In this document: positions 1-9,385 of the stretch, piece by piece | Numbering within the stretch: the stretch's first letter is position 1 | Layout of the letters: each line of letters begins with the position of its first letter | Assembly: GCA_964424225.1 (NCBI GenBank) | Contig: CAYRID010000001.1 | Coordinates: 7,369 to 71,368 of the forward strand | Direction of reading: 5' to 3' | DNA: 64,000 bases | From: an uncultured Geobacter sp. | GTDB lineage: Bacteria; Myxococcota_A; UBA9160; JADFDR01 | The notes under the pieces: model-generated | The model's input: the letters and a program-made list of their open reading frames with translations, nothing else | Databases searched by the model: none | Told to the model about the DNA's origin: nothing | Made by a program: the position numbers and the translations under genes

Positions 1-49
1 TGATCTCAGCTAGCGGTTGCCCCGCACCTCCGGAACGCAGTCCCCCCAC

Positions 50-823
50 TTACCACTTCCTCTTTTCTTTGTGGCGCCCTTTGTCGACGGAGCGATCGAA
101 GTCGCTCAATTCGACCGAATGAAAATCTGCCTCGAAGTCGGCCGTAAAAAGATCGAGCGCCACGTTGAGACTGCGAATCTCATGCAGAAAATAGTTATAG
201 AAAATCGTCGCGGGGATTGCGGCAAACAGACCAATGGCCGTCACGATCAACGATTCCGCGATGCCCGGCGCCACCACTGCCAAGCTCGCCGCGCCCGTCG
301 CCGCGATATTCGTAAACGCATTGATGATGCCGACGACCGTACCAAACAGACCGATAAACGGAGTCGTACTTCCCGTCGTCGCCAGCACGCCCAAGCCCCG
401 TTCAAGGCGCAGCGTCTCTTCCGAAGCGATCCATCGAATGTGTCGCACGAGAACCTCAATTTGCTTGGGCTCGAGTGTTTGCGTGAGTTGATTCGGCGAG
501 CGCTTGAGCATGCGGTGCATCTCGCCATAGCCCGCAAGGAACACTGCAGAGAGTGGGCTGTCATCGAGTTCGCGTGCGGCTTTGTACGTCTCGTCGATCG
601 CACCTTTGCGATACACCTCAAGCAGTGTCGCACTTTCGTCTTCTGCGCGGCGCAGTTCGCGCCACTTCATTGTGATCACAGCCCACGATACGACGGAGAA
701 GCCAAGCAAAAACAGAATCACCGCTTTCACGAGTGGACTTGCATCGAGCAACAATTGCAAAACGTGAACACTCGCCAAACGATCTGCTGTCATCGTGAGC
801 GCTTCGACTGAACTAAGCCACAT
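50..823 (-). CDS. MotA/TolQ/ExbB-family proton-channel protein (TolQ/ExbB-like)
   Basis: 257-aa ORF with three hydrophobic helices. The conserved family core is TTGSTTPFIGLFGTVVGIINAF ... APGIAESLIVTAIGLFAAIPA. GAGGA lies a few nt upstream of the ATG at 823. Confidence 0.85.
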   Translation of the reverse strand: MWLSSVEALTMTADRLASVHVLQLLLDASPLVKAVILFLLGFSVVSWAVITMKWRELRRAEDESATLLEVYRKGAIDETYKAARELDDSPLSAVFLAGYGEMHRMLKRSPNQLTQTLEPKQIEVLVRHIRWIASEETLRLERGLGVLATTGSTTPFIGLFGTVVGIINAFTNIAATGAASLAVVAPGIAESLIVTAIGLFAAIPATIFYNYFLHEIRSLNVALDLFTADFEADFHSVELSDFDRSVDKGRHKEKRKW

Positions 824-906
824 AGATCCTCATTTCGTATAAATTGCGAGGTGGTAGAGTAACGGCTCACGGTCGGACTACCAAGTACAGAGATCAAGGA
901 GAACCT

Positions 907-2427
907 ATGCGAATCTCAGTTGAAACCAAGGTACCTGCACGCAACACCGTCGATATTTTCGTGCTTCCTCTCTTTCAAGAACAGAAGGCTACGAAGTCAC
1001 TGCCTTCGATCATCTCCACAATCGGTCGCAACTTAAATAAGAAAATCGAACACCTGATAAAAAGTGGCGACTTCAAAGCCAAGACCGGCGAGCGACTGAT
1101 GCTCTACTCCGATACACAAACACGAAGCGTACGAATTCTTTTGCTCGGACTTGGCAAACAGGCGGACTTCCAACTACGAAATTTACGCCGAGCCGCTGCG
1201 GAAGCTTTGCGTGCAGCCGAAGCAACACCCGCACGGAAAGTCGGCGTCTGGATTCCAGCCTGCAACGAGATCTCCGACGAAGACGTGGGCCAAGCACTCG
1301 CCGAAGGCAGCTTGCTCGCCAGCTACCGCTTCGATCGCTATCGCAGCGTGCGCGACGAAAGCAAAGAGCGCGGCAAAGTAACGGCGATCACCTTTTTCGG
1401 TGCCAACGCGAGCAGCTTGCGCGCATTGCGTAATGGTGTCGCAACGGGAACCGCCATTGCAGAATCGCAAAACCTGGCACGTGACCTCTCGAACGAGCCC
1501 GGCGGTAACCTCACACCGACGGAACTGGCCAAGCGCGCGCAAGACGTGGCACAAAAAGTCGGGCTCGAATGCAAAGTGCTCGACGTGGAAGCAATGCGGG
1601 AACGCAAGATGGGGGGAATCCTCGCTGTCGGGCAAGGCAGCGCTCATCCACCACAAATGATCGTCCTCGAACATCGCGGTAAAGCAGCGCCCAGTGCACC
1701 ACTGCGCACGCTTTGCATCGTCGGGAAAGGCATCACTTTCGATTCCGGCGGCATCTCGCTCAAACCGGGCGCTGCGATGGATGAAATGAAGCATGACATG
1801 TCGGGAGCAGCGGCAGTCATTGGAATTTTACGCGCTGCCGCCAAGCTCAAGCTTCCACTACATATCGTTGGCATCATCGGAGCGGCAGAAAATCTGCCAA
1901 GCGGCACAGCATATCGGCCTGGCGACATTGTCACGACGATGGCGGGCAAAACAATCGAGGTTCTCAACACCGACGCTGAAGGCCGGATCGTACTCGCCGA
2001 TGCGTTGTACTTCGCCAATACCGATTACAAACCCGAAGCGATCATCGACCTTGCGACACTGACGGGTGCCGCCGCGATCGCACTCGGCAACTGGTGCAGC
2101 GGCGTGCTCGGTTCCGACGGTAAATTGATCGAAAAGCTGATTGCTTGCGGTGAGAAAACGGGCGAACGCCTCTGGCAACTTCCACTTTGGAGCGAACATA
2201 AAGAAGCCGTGAAGAGCCCGATCGCCGACATCAAGAACACCGCCGGACGCGAAGGCGGCACAATCACAGCGGCCGCCTTCTTGTCGAACTTCGTCGAGCA
2301 AACACCGTGGGCACATCTCGACATCGCTGCGACGGCCTGGACAACCAAAGAAGCCGGTGCTCTGCAAGTGCGCGGCGCGACGGGCGTCGGCGTACAGCTT
2401 CTGATCGACTTCTTGCGAAATTATTAA
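907..2427 (+). CDS. pepA: Leucyl aminopeptidase, M17 family
   Basis: M17 signatures VLNTDAEGRIVLADAL and KGITFDSGGISLKP are present. AAGGAG lies upstream of the ATG at 907, so the ORF-track start at 844 is probably too long. Confidence 0.92.
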   Translation: MRISVETKVPARNTVDIFVLPLFQEQKATKSLPSIISTIGRNLNKKIEHLIKSGDFKAKTGERLMLYSDTQTRSVRILLLGLGKQADFQLRNLRRAAAEALRAAEATPARKVGVWIPACNEISDEDVGQALAEGSLLASYRFDRYRSVRDESKERGKVTAITFFGANASSLRALRNGVATGTAIAESQNLARDLSNEPGGNLTPTELAKRAQDVAQKVGLECKVLDVEAMRERKMGGILAVGQGSAHPPQMIVLEHRGKAAPSAPLRTLCIVGKGITFDSGGISLKPGAAMDEMKHDMSGAAAVIGILRAAAKLKLPLHIVGIIGAAENLPSGTAYRPGDIVTTMAGKTIEVLNTDAEGRIVLADALYFANTDYKPEAIIDLATLTGAAAIALGNWCSGVLGSDGKLIEKLIACGEKTGERLWQLPLWSEHKEAVKSPIADIKNTAGREGGTITAAAFLSNFVEQTPWAHLDIAATAWTTKEAGALQVRGATGVGVQLLIDFLRNY

Positions 2428-2531
2428 ATCCCTCTTATTCGAATCATCTTCGAGCAAAAAAACAACTATCCCCGACGGAAGTAACACTTTACCGAGTCAC
2501 GACGCACAGCACCTTGCAGGGTCATCGGACA

Positions 2532-2560
2532 TTGCCCTAGGACAATTTGCCCTAGGGCAA
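2532..2560. promoter_or_regulatory. Two adjacent 14-bp palindromes (TTGCCCTAGGACAA and the perfect TTGCCCTAGGGCAA); candidate operator pair
   Basis: Read directly in the sequence. Site 2 (2547-2560) is a perfect palindrome and site 1 (2532-2545) has one mismatch. They lie in the 286-bp pepA/cytochrome c intergenic region, about 155 bp upstream of the cytochrome c ATG. The same motif class recurs at 19532-19545. Confidence 0.35.
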
Positions 2561-2713
2561 TTCGTCCCATTTCACGTTTTCCTACCCTCTCGACTTTGAC
2601 GGTCATTCCCCGCGCCCTACTCTGGCTTCGATTCTGCGGCGTAATGAAGCGCGCAGAAAATGAATGGCTCAAATTATCTCAATCAAGATCACTTCGAATT
2701 GGAGAGAATAAAA

Positions 2714-3100
2714 ATGACTCGTTGGCTGACCTGCTTTGGTTTTCTATTTGCGTTTGGCATTGCCATGTCGATGGCACCGAGCATCGCGATGGCAGGCGGT
2801 GATGCTACCGCCGGGAAAGCGACCTACACGACGTTCTGCGCAAGCTGCCACGGTGACAAAGGCGACGGCCTTGGACCGGTTGGCGCAGCTCTTGAACCCA
2901 AGCCGCGCAGCTTCGTCGCCGCAGCTTTCACTCTCGATACCGACAAAGACGGCAAGAAAGGCACCGACGCCGATTTGACCAATGTCATCAAGAACGGAGC
3001 AGGTCAATATGGTGGCTCACCGATGATGACGCCATGGGGTCATCTCTCCGAGGCGGATATCGCGAACCTCGTTGCGTACATCCGAACATTCAAGAAGTAG
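2714..3100 (+). CDS. Periplasmic class I c-type cytochrome (monoheme)
   Basis: Signal peptide MTRWLTCFGFLFAFGIAMSMAPSIAMA, heme-binding CASCHG, and distal Met region GGSPMMTPWG. GGAGAG lies upstream of the ATG at 2714. Confidence 0.85.
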   Translation: MTRWLTCFGFLFAFGIAMSMAPSIAMAGGDATAGKATYTTFCASCHGDKGDGLGPVGAALEPKPRSFVAAAFTLDTDKDGKKGTDADLTNVIKNGAGQYGGSPMMTPWGHLSEADIANLVAYIRTFKK

Positions 3101-3144
3101 GCATAACGAGCGTCGGTCGCTAAGGCTGAGGCGGTTAAAAGAAG

Positions 3145-3184
3145 ACGGCGAGGCGGGGTATCGGTTCCCGTCTCGCCGTTTTCG
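3145..3184 (+). terminator. Rho-independent terminator after the cytochrome c gene
   Basis: GC-rich stem ACGGCGAGGCGGGG / CCCGTCTCGCCGT with one mismatch, followed by TTTTCGTT. Confidence 0.6.
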
Positions 3185-3207
3185 TTCTAACATGGCGTGC
3201 TGCATTT

Positions 3208-4194
3208 TTGACCGAGGTCTTTGCGTTGGATTCAAACAACGATCTTCGAGAAGTGACCGCAACCCTGCCGGTGCCAAGCGAAGTGCATCTCCCGGTACCT
3301 GTCACCGAAGAGCATTACGAGCGCGGCCTCGAACCGCAAAGCACACTCCAGCGCTACTACCAAGAGCTCGCCAAGTATCCACCGCTCTCACGGGAAGAAG
3401 AACATGCGCTGGCAATCAAGATGGTCGAGGAGAACGACCTCGTCGCCGCCCGCAAACTCGTCGTCTCGAATCTGCGGCTTGTCGTCAAAATCGCGATGGA
3501 ATATCGGCGTGCATGGACGAACGCACTCGATCTGATCCAAGAAGGCAATACGGGACTTCTCGAAGCCGTAAAGCGCTATGACCCCTACAAAGATGTGCGT
3601 GTATCGTCGTACGCAGCGTATTGGATTCGCGCCTACATCTTGAAATATCTCATCGACAACATACGCATGGTGCGCATCGGAAGCAGCCGCGCACAACGCA
3701 AACTTTTCTTTCGTTTGAACAAAGAGAAGCGCGAGCTTGAACGCCAAGGTTTTGAAGTAAGTCCTACTCTTTTGGCGGAACGTCTTGACGTCACCGAAGA
3801 CGACGTTCGCGAAATGGAACAACGGCTTGCGGAAGGAGACATCTCCTTCGACGCTCCCCTGCAGCGAGAAGGTAGTCACGCCACCGTCGGAGACTTAATC
3901 GACAGCAAACACCAAACGGCCGAGGAAGAATTCGCCGATCGTGAACTCAAGCAAGTATTTCTTGAGCAAGTACTCGGGCTGCTGAATCAACTCGACGAGC
4001 GCGAACAATGCATTCTGCGTGAACGCATTCTCGCCGAAGAACCAAAAACTTTGCAAGAAATCGGCGATGCTTACGGCTTAACACGAGAACGTGTACGTCA
4101 GCTCGAAAATCAAGCCATTCGCAAACTACGCGAACATCTCAAAGCCACGCTCGTCGATTTCAATTATCACTTGCCGGAAGTCATCGATAAATAA
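3208..4194 (+). CDS. rpoH: RNA polymerase sigma-32 (heat-shock sigma factor, RpoH-like)
   Basis: Sigma-70 regions 2-4 are recognisable (LIQEGNTGLLEAVKRYDP, YAAYWIRAYI, LQEIGDAYGLTRERVRQLE), and an RpoH box QRKLFFRLNK is present. Only non-ATG starts are available (TTG at 3208), so the 5' end is uncertain. Confidence 0.85.
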   Translation: MTEVFALDSNNDLREVTATLPVPSEVHLPVPVTEEHYERGLEPQSTLQRYYQELAKYPPLSREEEHALAIKMVEENDLVAARKLVVSNLRLVVKIAMEYRRAWTNALDLIQEGNTGLLEAVKRYDPYKDVRVSSYAAYWIRAYILKYLIDNIRMVRIGSSRAQRKLFFRLNKEKRELERQGFEVSPTLLAERLDVTEDDVREMEQRLAEGDISFDAPLQREGSHATVGDLIDSKHQTAEEEFADRELKQVFLEQVLGLLNQLDEREQCILRERILAEEPKTLQEIGDAYGLTRERVRQLENQAIRKLREHLKATLVDFNYHLPEVIDK

Positions 4195-4201
4195 CGCATG
4201 T

Positions 4202-5416
4202 CTAAAGCGTCGGTACCAAAAATCGCAAAGCCAACGCCGCATGCAGCGCAACGCCTCGACACAAAACAGTTTCATCCATTCGCATTCGATCGGAATGCAC
4301 GGGATGCACTTCGCCGTCCTGCGGACTCGCGCCAAGAAAAAACATCGCGCCTGGAATTTTCTCAAGGATATATGAGAAATCCTCCGCATAAAGCTTGGGT
4401 GCCGGAAGCTCCACAACATCGGCAACACCAAAGAGTGTGCGCCCGACCCCAAAAGCAAACTGCGTAAAGGCAGGATCGTTTCGCGTGAGCGGATAGCCCG
4501 CCTGCACTTCGAATGTTGCGCGCACAGCATGCGCACTGGCCACGCCTTGCACAACGCGTGCTACACCGTCGAGCAAGCGCGTACGATTCTCCGTTGAAAG
4601 CGTACGCAGCGTACCTTGCAATTGCACTTCCGCAGGAATCACATTCGTGGTCGTTCCGGCATGAATTTGTGTCACCGTCAAAACGCTGGGATCCGTTGCA
4701 TCGAGGCTTCGTGTCAGCATCGCTTGCAAAGCAAGTACGATTTCGCAAGCAGCAGGAATGGGATCGACGGCAAGATGCGGACGCGAACCGTGTCCTCCCT
4801 TCCCATGCACCGTGATCGAGAAAGAATCTGCCGCCGCAAGCAATGCTCCGGCTCGCGACTCAATACATCCTGCACGAGCACTGGGCTCCATATGAATCGC
4901 AAACGCCGCCGCGACCGAACCTTCGCGTTCAAGCAAACCTTCCTCGAGCAAAATTTTTGCGCCGCCAAGGCCTTCTTCTCCGGGTTGAAAAAGGAACAGC
5001 AAATCTCCTGCGATTTGTTTTCGATGCGCGCTCAAAATTCGCGCCGCTCCGAGCAAAATCGCCATATGCGCATCATGGCCACAAGCGTGCATCCTGCCTG
5101 GATACTCCGACGAAAACTCCGAAACGACCGCCTCGCGAATCGGCAGCGCATCCATGTCCGCACGTAACAAAAGGCGCTTGCGCGACACTCCGCTCGCGAC
5201 TTGCGCCTCGCCGCGTAGCACGGCCAAGACTCCACTTGTTTTGTCGCTAAAATGTGTCGGAAGGCCGAGCGCCGCCAACTCGCGCAAAACAATTTTGCGT
5301 GTTTCAGGCAGCTCAAGACCAAGCTCCGGCACACGATGCAGCTCCTGACGGATGCGCACGAGATCCGGTTGCAGCGCTTCGGCTGCGCACAGTAAGCGAT
5401 TTAAATCTTCCGACAT
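4202..5416 (-). CDS. M20/M25/M40-family amidohydrolase (N-acyl-amino-acid amidohydrolase / hippurate hydrolase-like)
   Basis: Motifs HACGHDAHMAILLGAA and FQPGEEG. GGAG lies upstream of the ATG at 5416. The longer ORF-track N-terminus is Cys-rich and unlikely to be real. Confidence 0.85.
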   Translation of the reverse strand: MSEDLNRLLCAAEALQPDLVRIRQELHRVPELGLELPETRKIVLRELAALGLPTHFSDKTSGVLAVLRGEAQVASGVSRKRLLLRADMDALPIREAVVSEFSSEYPGRMHACGHDAHMAILLGAARILSAHRKQIAGDLLFLFQPGEEGLGGAKILLEEGLLEREGSVAAAFAIHMEPSARAGCIESRAGALLAAADSFSITVHGKGGHGSRPHLAVDPIPAACEIVLALQAMLTRSLDATDPSVLTVTQIHAGTTTNVIPAEVQLQGTLRTLSTENRTRLLDGVARVVQGVASAHAVRATFEVQAGYPLTRNDPAFTQFAFGVGRTLFGVADVVELPAPKLYAEDFSYILEKIPGAMFFLGASPQDGEVHPVHSDRMRMDETVLCRGVALHAALALRFLVPTL

Positions 5417-5521
5417 TTCATCTCCAAATTTTCCCGGCATTCTCGCACACGGAACCTTGTTGCACTTTGCACAGCTCGGTGCAAAATCACACACAACGTC
5501 GAAACTTTTGAAAGACTAAAA

Positions 5522-5986
5522 ATGCTACAAATTTATCAAACACTTTACTGCGTAGTTTTTTCTCTTGGATTTCTTTGTAGCGTTCTTGCGGCTTCCGTTC
5601 GCGCTGACGAACTTCCGACGAAAACCTTGCAAATTCGAGATCAACGAATTTCCGTTGAAGTCGCAGAAACTGCAGCACAAAAAATGCGCGGCCTCAGCGA
5701 ACGCGATGCTCTCGCTCCAAATTGCGGAATGCTCTTTCCCTACGCCAAAGCAGACTACTATGCGTTCTGGATGAAAGGGATGCGCTTTCGCCTCGACATT
5801 CTTTGGATTCGCGATCTTCGCATCGTCGATCTTCGCACAAACGTACCGACACCACGCGGCGAAACACTCATTTCGTACCGGCCACGCACCCCTGCGGATC
5901 AAGTACTCGAAGTCGAAGCCGGTTATGCCGAGCGACACGGCTGGACGATCGGCGACCTCGTAACGATCGAACCCTCAAGTCCCTAG
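5522..5986 (+). CDS. DUF192-domain secreted protein
   Basis: Signal peptide followed by the DUF192-like pattern RGLSERDALAPNCGMLFPY...YAFWMKGMRFRLDILWI. Confidence 0.75.
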   Translation: MLQIYQTLYCVVFSLGFLCSVLAASVRADELPTKTLQIRDQRISVEVAETAAQKMRGLSERDALAPNCGMLFPYAKADYYAFWMKGMRFRLDILWIRDLRIVDLRTNVPTPRGETLISYRPRTPADQVLEVEAGYAERHGWTIGDLVTIEPSSP

Positions 5987-6010
5987 CGTTTCTGGCCGAC
6001 GCATCGAAGC

Positions 6011-6700
6011 ATGACTTTCGACTCGACCTCCATGCTTTTTGCTCCGCCGGCACCACCTTATCGCTTGCAGCAAGGCTGCTCCGTCGTCATCGGACGTAGT
6101 CGCGACTGCGAACTGCCCATTCCCGCAGCCGAAGCTTCGCGCCGGCACTGCGAAATCACTAGCGAAGGCAATCAATTCGTCGTGCGCGACTTGGGCAGCA
6201 CAAACGGCACATGCATCAACGGCGAACCTCTCACGGCCGCGCACGCGCTTTGCCCCGGCGATCGCATTGAGATCGGTAATTTCACCATTACTTTCTGCCA
6301 AGTTGCAAACACCACTCCCGAGCCACTGGACGGCGGCAAAACCATCCTTTTTCAGCGCGGCACCGCTGCACCACCCACCATCGAAGTCTTCAAAGGCGAC
6401 CTCGCCGAAGTACCGCCGTTCGCCATCTTGCAAATTCTCGAAATGGGATTGAAAACGGGAGCGCTGCAAATTCGCACCAACGACTTCAACGGTTGCATTT
6501 GGCTTGAAAAAGGCGCACCTGTGCATGCGATCACGAATCGTCACGCTGGTTTTGAGGCTGCAGCGCAGCTCGTCATCTTGGAACGCGGCAGCTTCACCTT
6601 TGAACCCAACGCACAAAGCCCAGAGAAAACCATTGCTGCATCGGTGACCGAGCTTTTGCTCGAAGCCTCACGCATGGCCGATGAAGCAGCGCTCCTGTAA
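6011..6700 (+). CDS. FHA-domain protein with C-terminal DUF4388 (PatA-like) domain
   Basis: FHA core is GRSRDCELPI...SRRHCEI...VVRDLGSTNGTCINGEPL. The DUF4388-like segment is GDLAEVPPFAILQILEMGLKTGALQI. Confidence 0.8.
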   Translation: MTFDSTSMLFAPPAPPYRLQQGCSVVIGRSRDCELPIPAAEASRRHCEITSEGNQFVVRDLGSTNGTCINGEPLTAAHALCPGDRIEIGNFTITFCQVANTTPEPLDGGKTILFQRGTAAPPTIEVFKGDLAEVPPFAILQILEMGLKTGALQIRTNDFNGCIWLEKGAPVHAITNRHAGFEAAAQLVILERGSFTFEPNAQSPEKTIAASVTELLLEASRMADEAALL

Positions 6701-6738
6701 GCAACACACGCAAGATGATCTCCAACACAAATTTGTGA

Positions 6739-7689
6739 CTACGGCGAAACTGCTTCGAAATTCGCGAAAAAAGCGTCGCGCAACGCCCGGTCTATCTCAA
6801 TAGAATCCACTCCAAGCGCGGCGCGCAATCCTGCGTCGTGAGATGCACTGCGCTGCTTGGCCAAAGCCAGCGCCTCCAAACATTTGGCAAGCGATTCGGG
6901 AGCGAGATGCTCGTGCACCCAAAGCGCCGCCGCCGTCGACTCCAAATAGGCAAGCCGAATTTCCTCTGCCTGCAAGCTCACGAAGTTGTGTTCAAGACGA
7001 ACAAGCGAAATCCAGCGCTCCGCACGCAGAGCCTCCGCAATCTCTCGCAACTCTGCATCGGTCAAACCCGGTCGCTGCAACACGCGACGTTCGAAAAGCT
7101 CCGCCAAACCCTCGTTAAGCCAGAACGGTTGATCTCCACCAGTTTGCTCGCGAAAAACAGCATGAAAGTATTCATGATGCAGAAGAGCGTAGAGTTCCGC
7201 TCCTGCTGTTCGCGGCGCACGCAACCGCATCGCACCGTCGTAAAACGCAATCGTCGCAAAGCCGAAACGATCTTCCACTTCGTGGCGGTAAGCGTCCTCG
7301 CGGTACAAAAACACAGAAAGTGACTTTGTATATTCAACACCAAAAAGTGTTTTCAAATTTTGACGTGCCGCTTCCAGTGCAGCCAATACTTGTGTAACAT
7401 ATTCGGGTGTCATCGCTTCGAAATTGGCATCGTAGTGAACGGTGAATCTCTCCGTCGCGATCGACTTCCAGTCCTCATTGAGCACCGCTCCCAGTGCAGC
7501 GGCTTGAGGCGGATCAGCCTCGGACGCAGACACTTCGTTCGATGTCACCTGGAAGGAAGTCGCTTCTGCAAACGAAAGAGATGACGCAGCGAAAGCGACA
7601 AGGACTGCGAAGGAACCAACAATCCAAAAGCGCTGTATCCCCGACGCTCGCACGCGTAAGTCAGATACTTTTTTTCTGTGACTCAGCAA
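6739..7689 (-). CDS. Secreted zinc metallopeptidase-like protein (peptidase MA / Peptidase_MA_2-like)
   Basis: Signal peptide, HExxH (LLHHEYFHAVF) and downstream WLNEGLAELF as the third ligand region. The start overlaps the moaB end by 29 nt, so the exact start is uncertain. Confidence 0.65.
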   Translation of the reverse strand: MLSHRKKVSDLRVRASGIQRFWIVGSFAVLVAFAASSLSFAEATSFQVTSNEVSASEADPPQAAALGAVLNEDWKSIATERFTVHYDANFEAMTPEYVTQVLAALEAARQNLKTLFGVEYTKSLSVFLYREDAYRHEVEDRFGFATIAFYDGAMRLRAPRTAGAELYALLHHEYFHAVFREQTGGDQPFWLNEGLAELFERRVLQRPGLTDAELREIAEALRAERWISLVRLEHNFVSLQAEEIRLAYLESTAAALWVHEHLAPESLAKCLEALALAKQRSASHDAGLRAALGVDSIEIDRALRDAFFANFEAVSP

Positions 7690-8209
7690 TCAAATGCCCC
7701 ATCTCGGGCAAGATCAGCTTATCCATCGCAAGCTTCACGGCCGCACGCGAGCCCGGCACAGCGAACACAACACGTCCGGCGGAAAATCCTGCAATCGCAC
7801 GCGACATCATCGCCGCCGAACCGATCTCGGCGTAGGAAAGCATGCGAAACAATTCGCCAAATCCCGGCACACTGCGATCGAGCAAAGGCGCAAGCGCCTC
7901 GGGCGTCACATCGCGGGGCGAAAGCCCAGTACCGCCGGTAAAAATGATGACCCGCGCTTGCTCGGTGGCGAGCTGGCGCCGTAACGCATCCGCAATTTCA
8001 ACCATCTCGTCTTTGACAATCTCGCGAGACACTATTTTGTGTCCAGCCGATTCAAGGCTTTCCATGATTTGTGCACCGCCTGTATCGGTTTCCAGTGTGC
8101 GCGTATCGCTCACCGTCACCACAGCGACGTTGAGCGACTTGGGCGCCGCATGCTTATGCTGGTGCACGCTCTCACTATGATACGCACTAATGTGTTTCGA
8201 GCTTGTCAT
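7661..8209 (-). CDS. moaB: Molybdenum cofactor biosynthesis protein B (MoaB/Mog family)
   Basis: MoCF_biosynth motif IIFTGGTGLSPRDVTPEA. The ATG at 8209 forms an ATGA overlap with the moaD/E stop. Confidence 0.88.
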   Translation of the reverse strand: MTSSKHISAYHSESVHQHKHAAPKSLNVAVVTVSDTRTLETDTGGAQIMESLESAGHKIVSREIVKDEMVEIADALRRQLATEQARVIIFTGGTGLSPRDVTPEALAPLLDRSVPGFGELFRMLSYAEIGSAAMMSRAIAGFSAGRVVFAVPGSRAAVKLAMDKLILPEMGHLIAESQKKSI

Positions 8210-8865
8210 GCGTGATCGTCCACCCAATAAGCGCCGTCGCAGGCGAATTCTTTTTTCCAAATCGGTACGCGCGTCTTGAGCGTATCAATGGTATAGCGGC
8301 AAGCCTCGAACGCATCGCCGCGATGCGGTGCAGCACCGACGACCACCACAGCGAGATCGCCAATCGCAAGCCGTCCCACACGATGCGCCACAGCCACACG
8401 CACGCCCGGCCATCGCGCCTCGGCTTCGTCGACGATCTTGTCGAGCTCGCGCTCGGCCATCGCCGCATAGGCTTCGTATTCAAGATGATCAATGTCATGT
8501 CCGCGTGCTTCATTTCGCACGGCCCCAAGAAAAGTCACAATGCCACCCATGTCGGGCCCGTTCACGCGCTTTACGACTGCTTCCACATCAAGCGTCGTCT
8601 CCGAAATCGTGCAACGTCCCGCACCGCCGGAAACGGGCGGCAAAAACGCAATTTCATCGCGATCGCAAAGCACACGCTCTTCGGTGGCAAATTCTTGATT
8701 TACGGCTGCGCGCAGTCGCGTGCCGTATGCGGAAAACACCGAGTACTTGCGCGCAAGCTCCGCACGCAAACCCGCAACGGAAGTATTCGAAGTAAGCTCG
8801 ATCTCAAGTGAGTCGGTACCCACCGCTTCGCGCAAAGCACCAAAAAATTTCACAGTCACCAACAT
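8206..8865 (-). CDS. Fused molybdopterin synthase: MoaD (sulfur carrier) plus MoaE (catalytic subunit)
   Basis: The N-terminal 81 aa are ubiquitin-like MoaD ending in PPVSGG. A MoaE-like domain follows directly (GGIVTFLGAVRNE...HLEYEAY...APHRGDAFEACRYTIDTLKTRVPIWKKE). Confidence 0.85.
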   Translation of the reverse strand: MLVTVKFFGALREAVGTDSLEIELTSNTSVAGLRAELARKYSVFSAYGTRLRAAVNQEFATEERVLCDRDEIAFLPPVSGGAGRCTISETTLDVEAVVKRVNGPDMGGIVTFLGAVRNEARGHDIDHLEYEAYAAMAERELDKIVDEAEARWPGVRVAVAHRVGRLAIGDLAVVVVGAAPHRGDAFEACRYTIDTLKTRVPIWKKEFACDGAYWVDDHA

Positions 8866-8894
8866 GGCGAAGCAAGATAGCCAAGCTTTGATTT

Positions 8895-9365
8895 TTATGA
8901 AGCCGCACCGTCGACGGCTTTGAGCGGTAGCGATGATTTACCGGCCTCAACGGATTTCATCGCTGGCTTTTGTGTGCCGCCCATTTCAATTTCACCGTTG
9001 AAACTCGCGCCCTCTTCGACGACGAGTGACGGCGTGTTGATGATGCCCTTCACGCGCGCTGTCTTGAAGAGCACGACCATGCGTGCAGCCGTGATCTTGC
9101 CGTTGACCTCGCCGCTCACGAGAATGTTTTGCGCCTTGACGTCGGCATCGATCTGGCCGGTCTCGCCCACTTCGAGCGTATTCTCGCTCGAAATTTCACC
9201 GCGAAAGCGTCCGTCGATGCGCGCCGTATCTTTGAATGAGAGCTTGCCTTCAAACTCAGAGCCTTGATCGATGAACGCCGTCGGCGGACCAATCAAGGTT
9301 TCCGTCGCCGTCGTGGGGCTTGCCAGGCGATCACTGCTGCGGCGACCAAAGGGGGTAAGAATCAT
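8895..9365 (-). CDS. Bactofilin-family cytoskeletal protein
   Basis: Bactofilin (DUF583) beta-helix repeats IDGRFRGEI...VKAQNILVSGEVNGKITA...VKGIINTPSLVVEEGASFNGEIEMG. GGAGGA lies upstream of the ATG at 9365. The ORF-track TTG at 9380 overlaps this RBS. Confidence 0.88.
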   Translation of the reverse strand: MILTPFGRRSSDRLASPTTATETLIGPPTAFIDQGSEFEGKLSFKDTARIDGRFRGEISSENTLEVGETGQIDADVKAQNILVSGEVNGKITAARMVVLFKTARVKGIINTPSLVVEEGASFNGEIEMGGTQKPAMKSVEAGKSSLPLKAVDGAAS

Positions 9366-9385
9366 CGAAGTATCCTCCAAGTTTT

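Noticed and set aside
17-811. 264-aa plus-strand ORF at the window start
   Set aside because: It is antisense to the MotA/TolQ/ExbB gene. The product is Arg-rich and shows no motifs.
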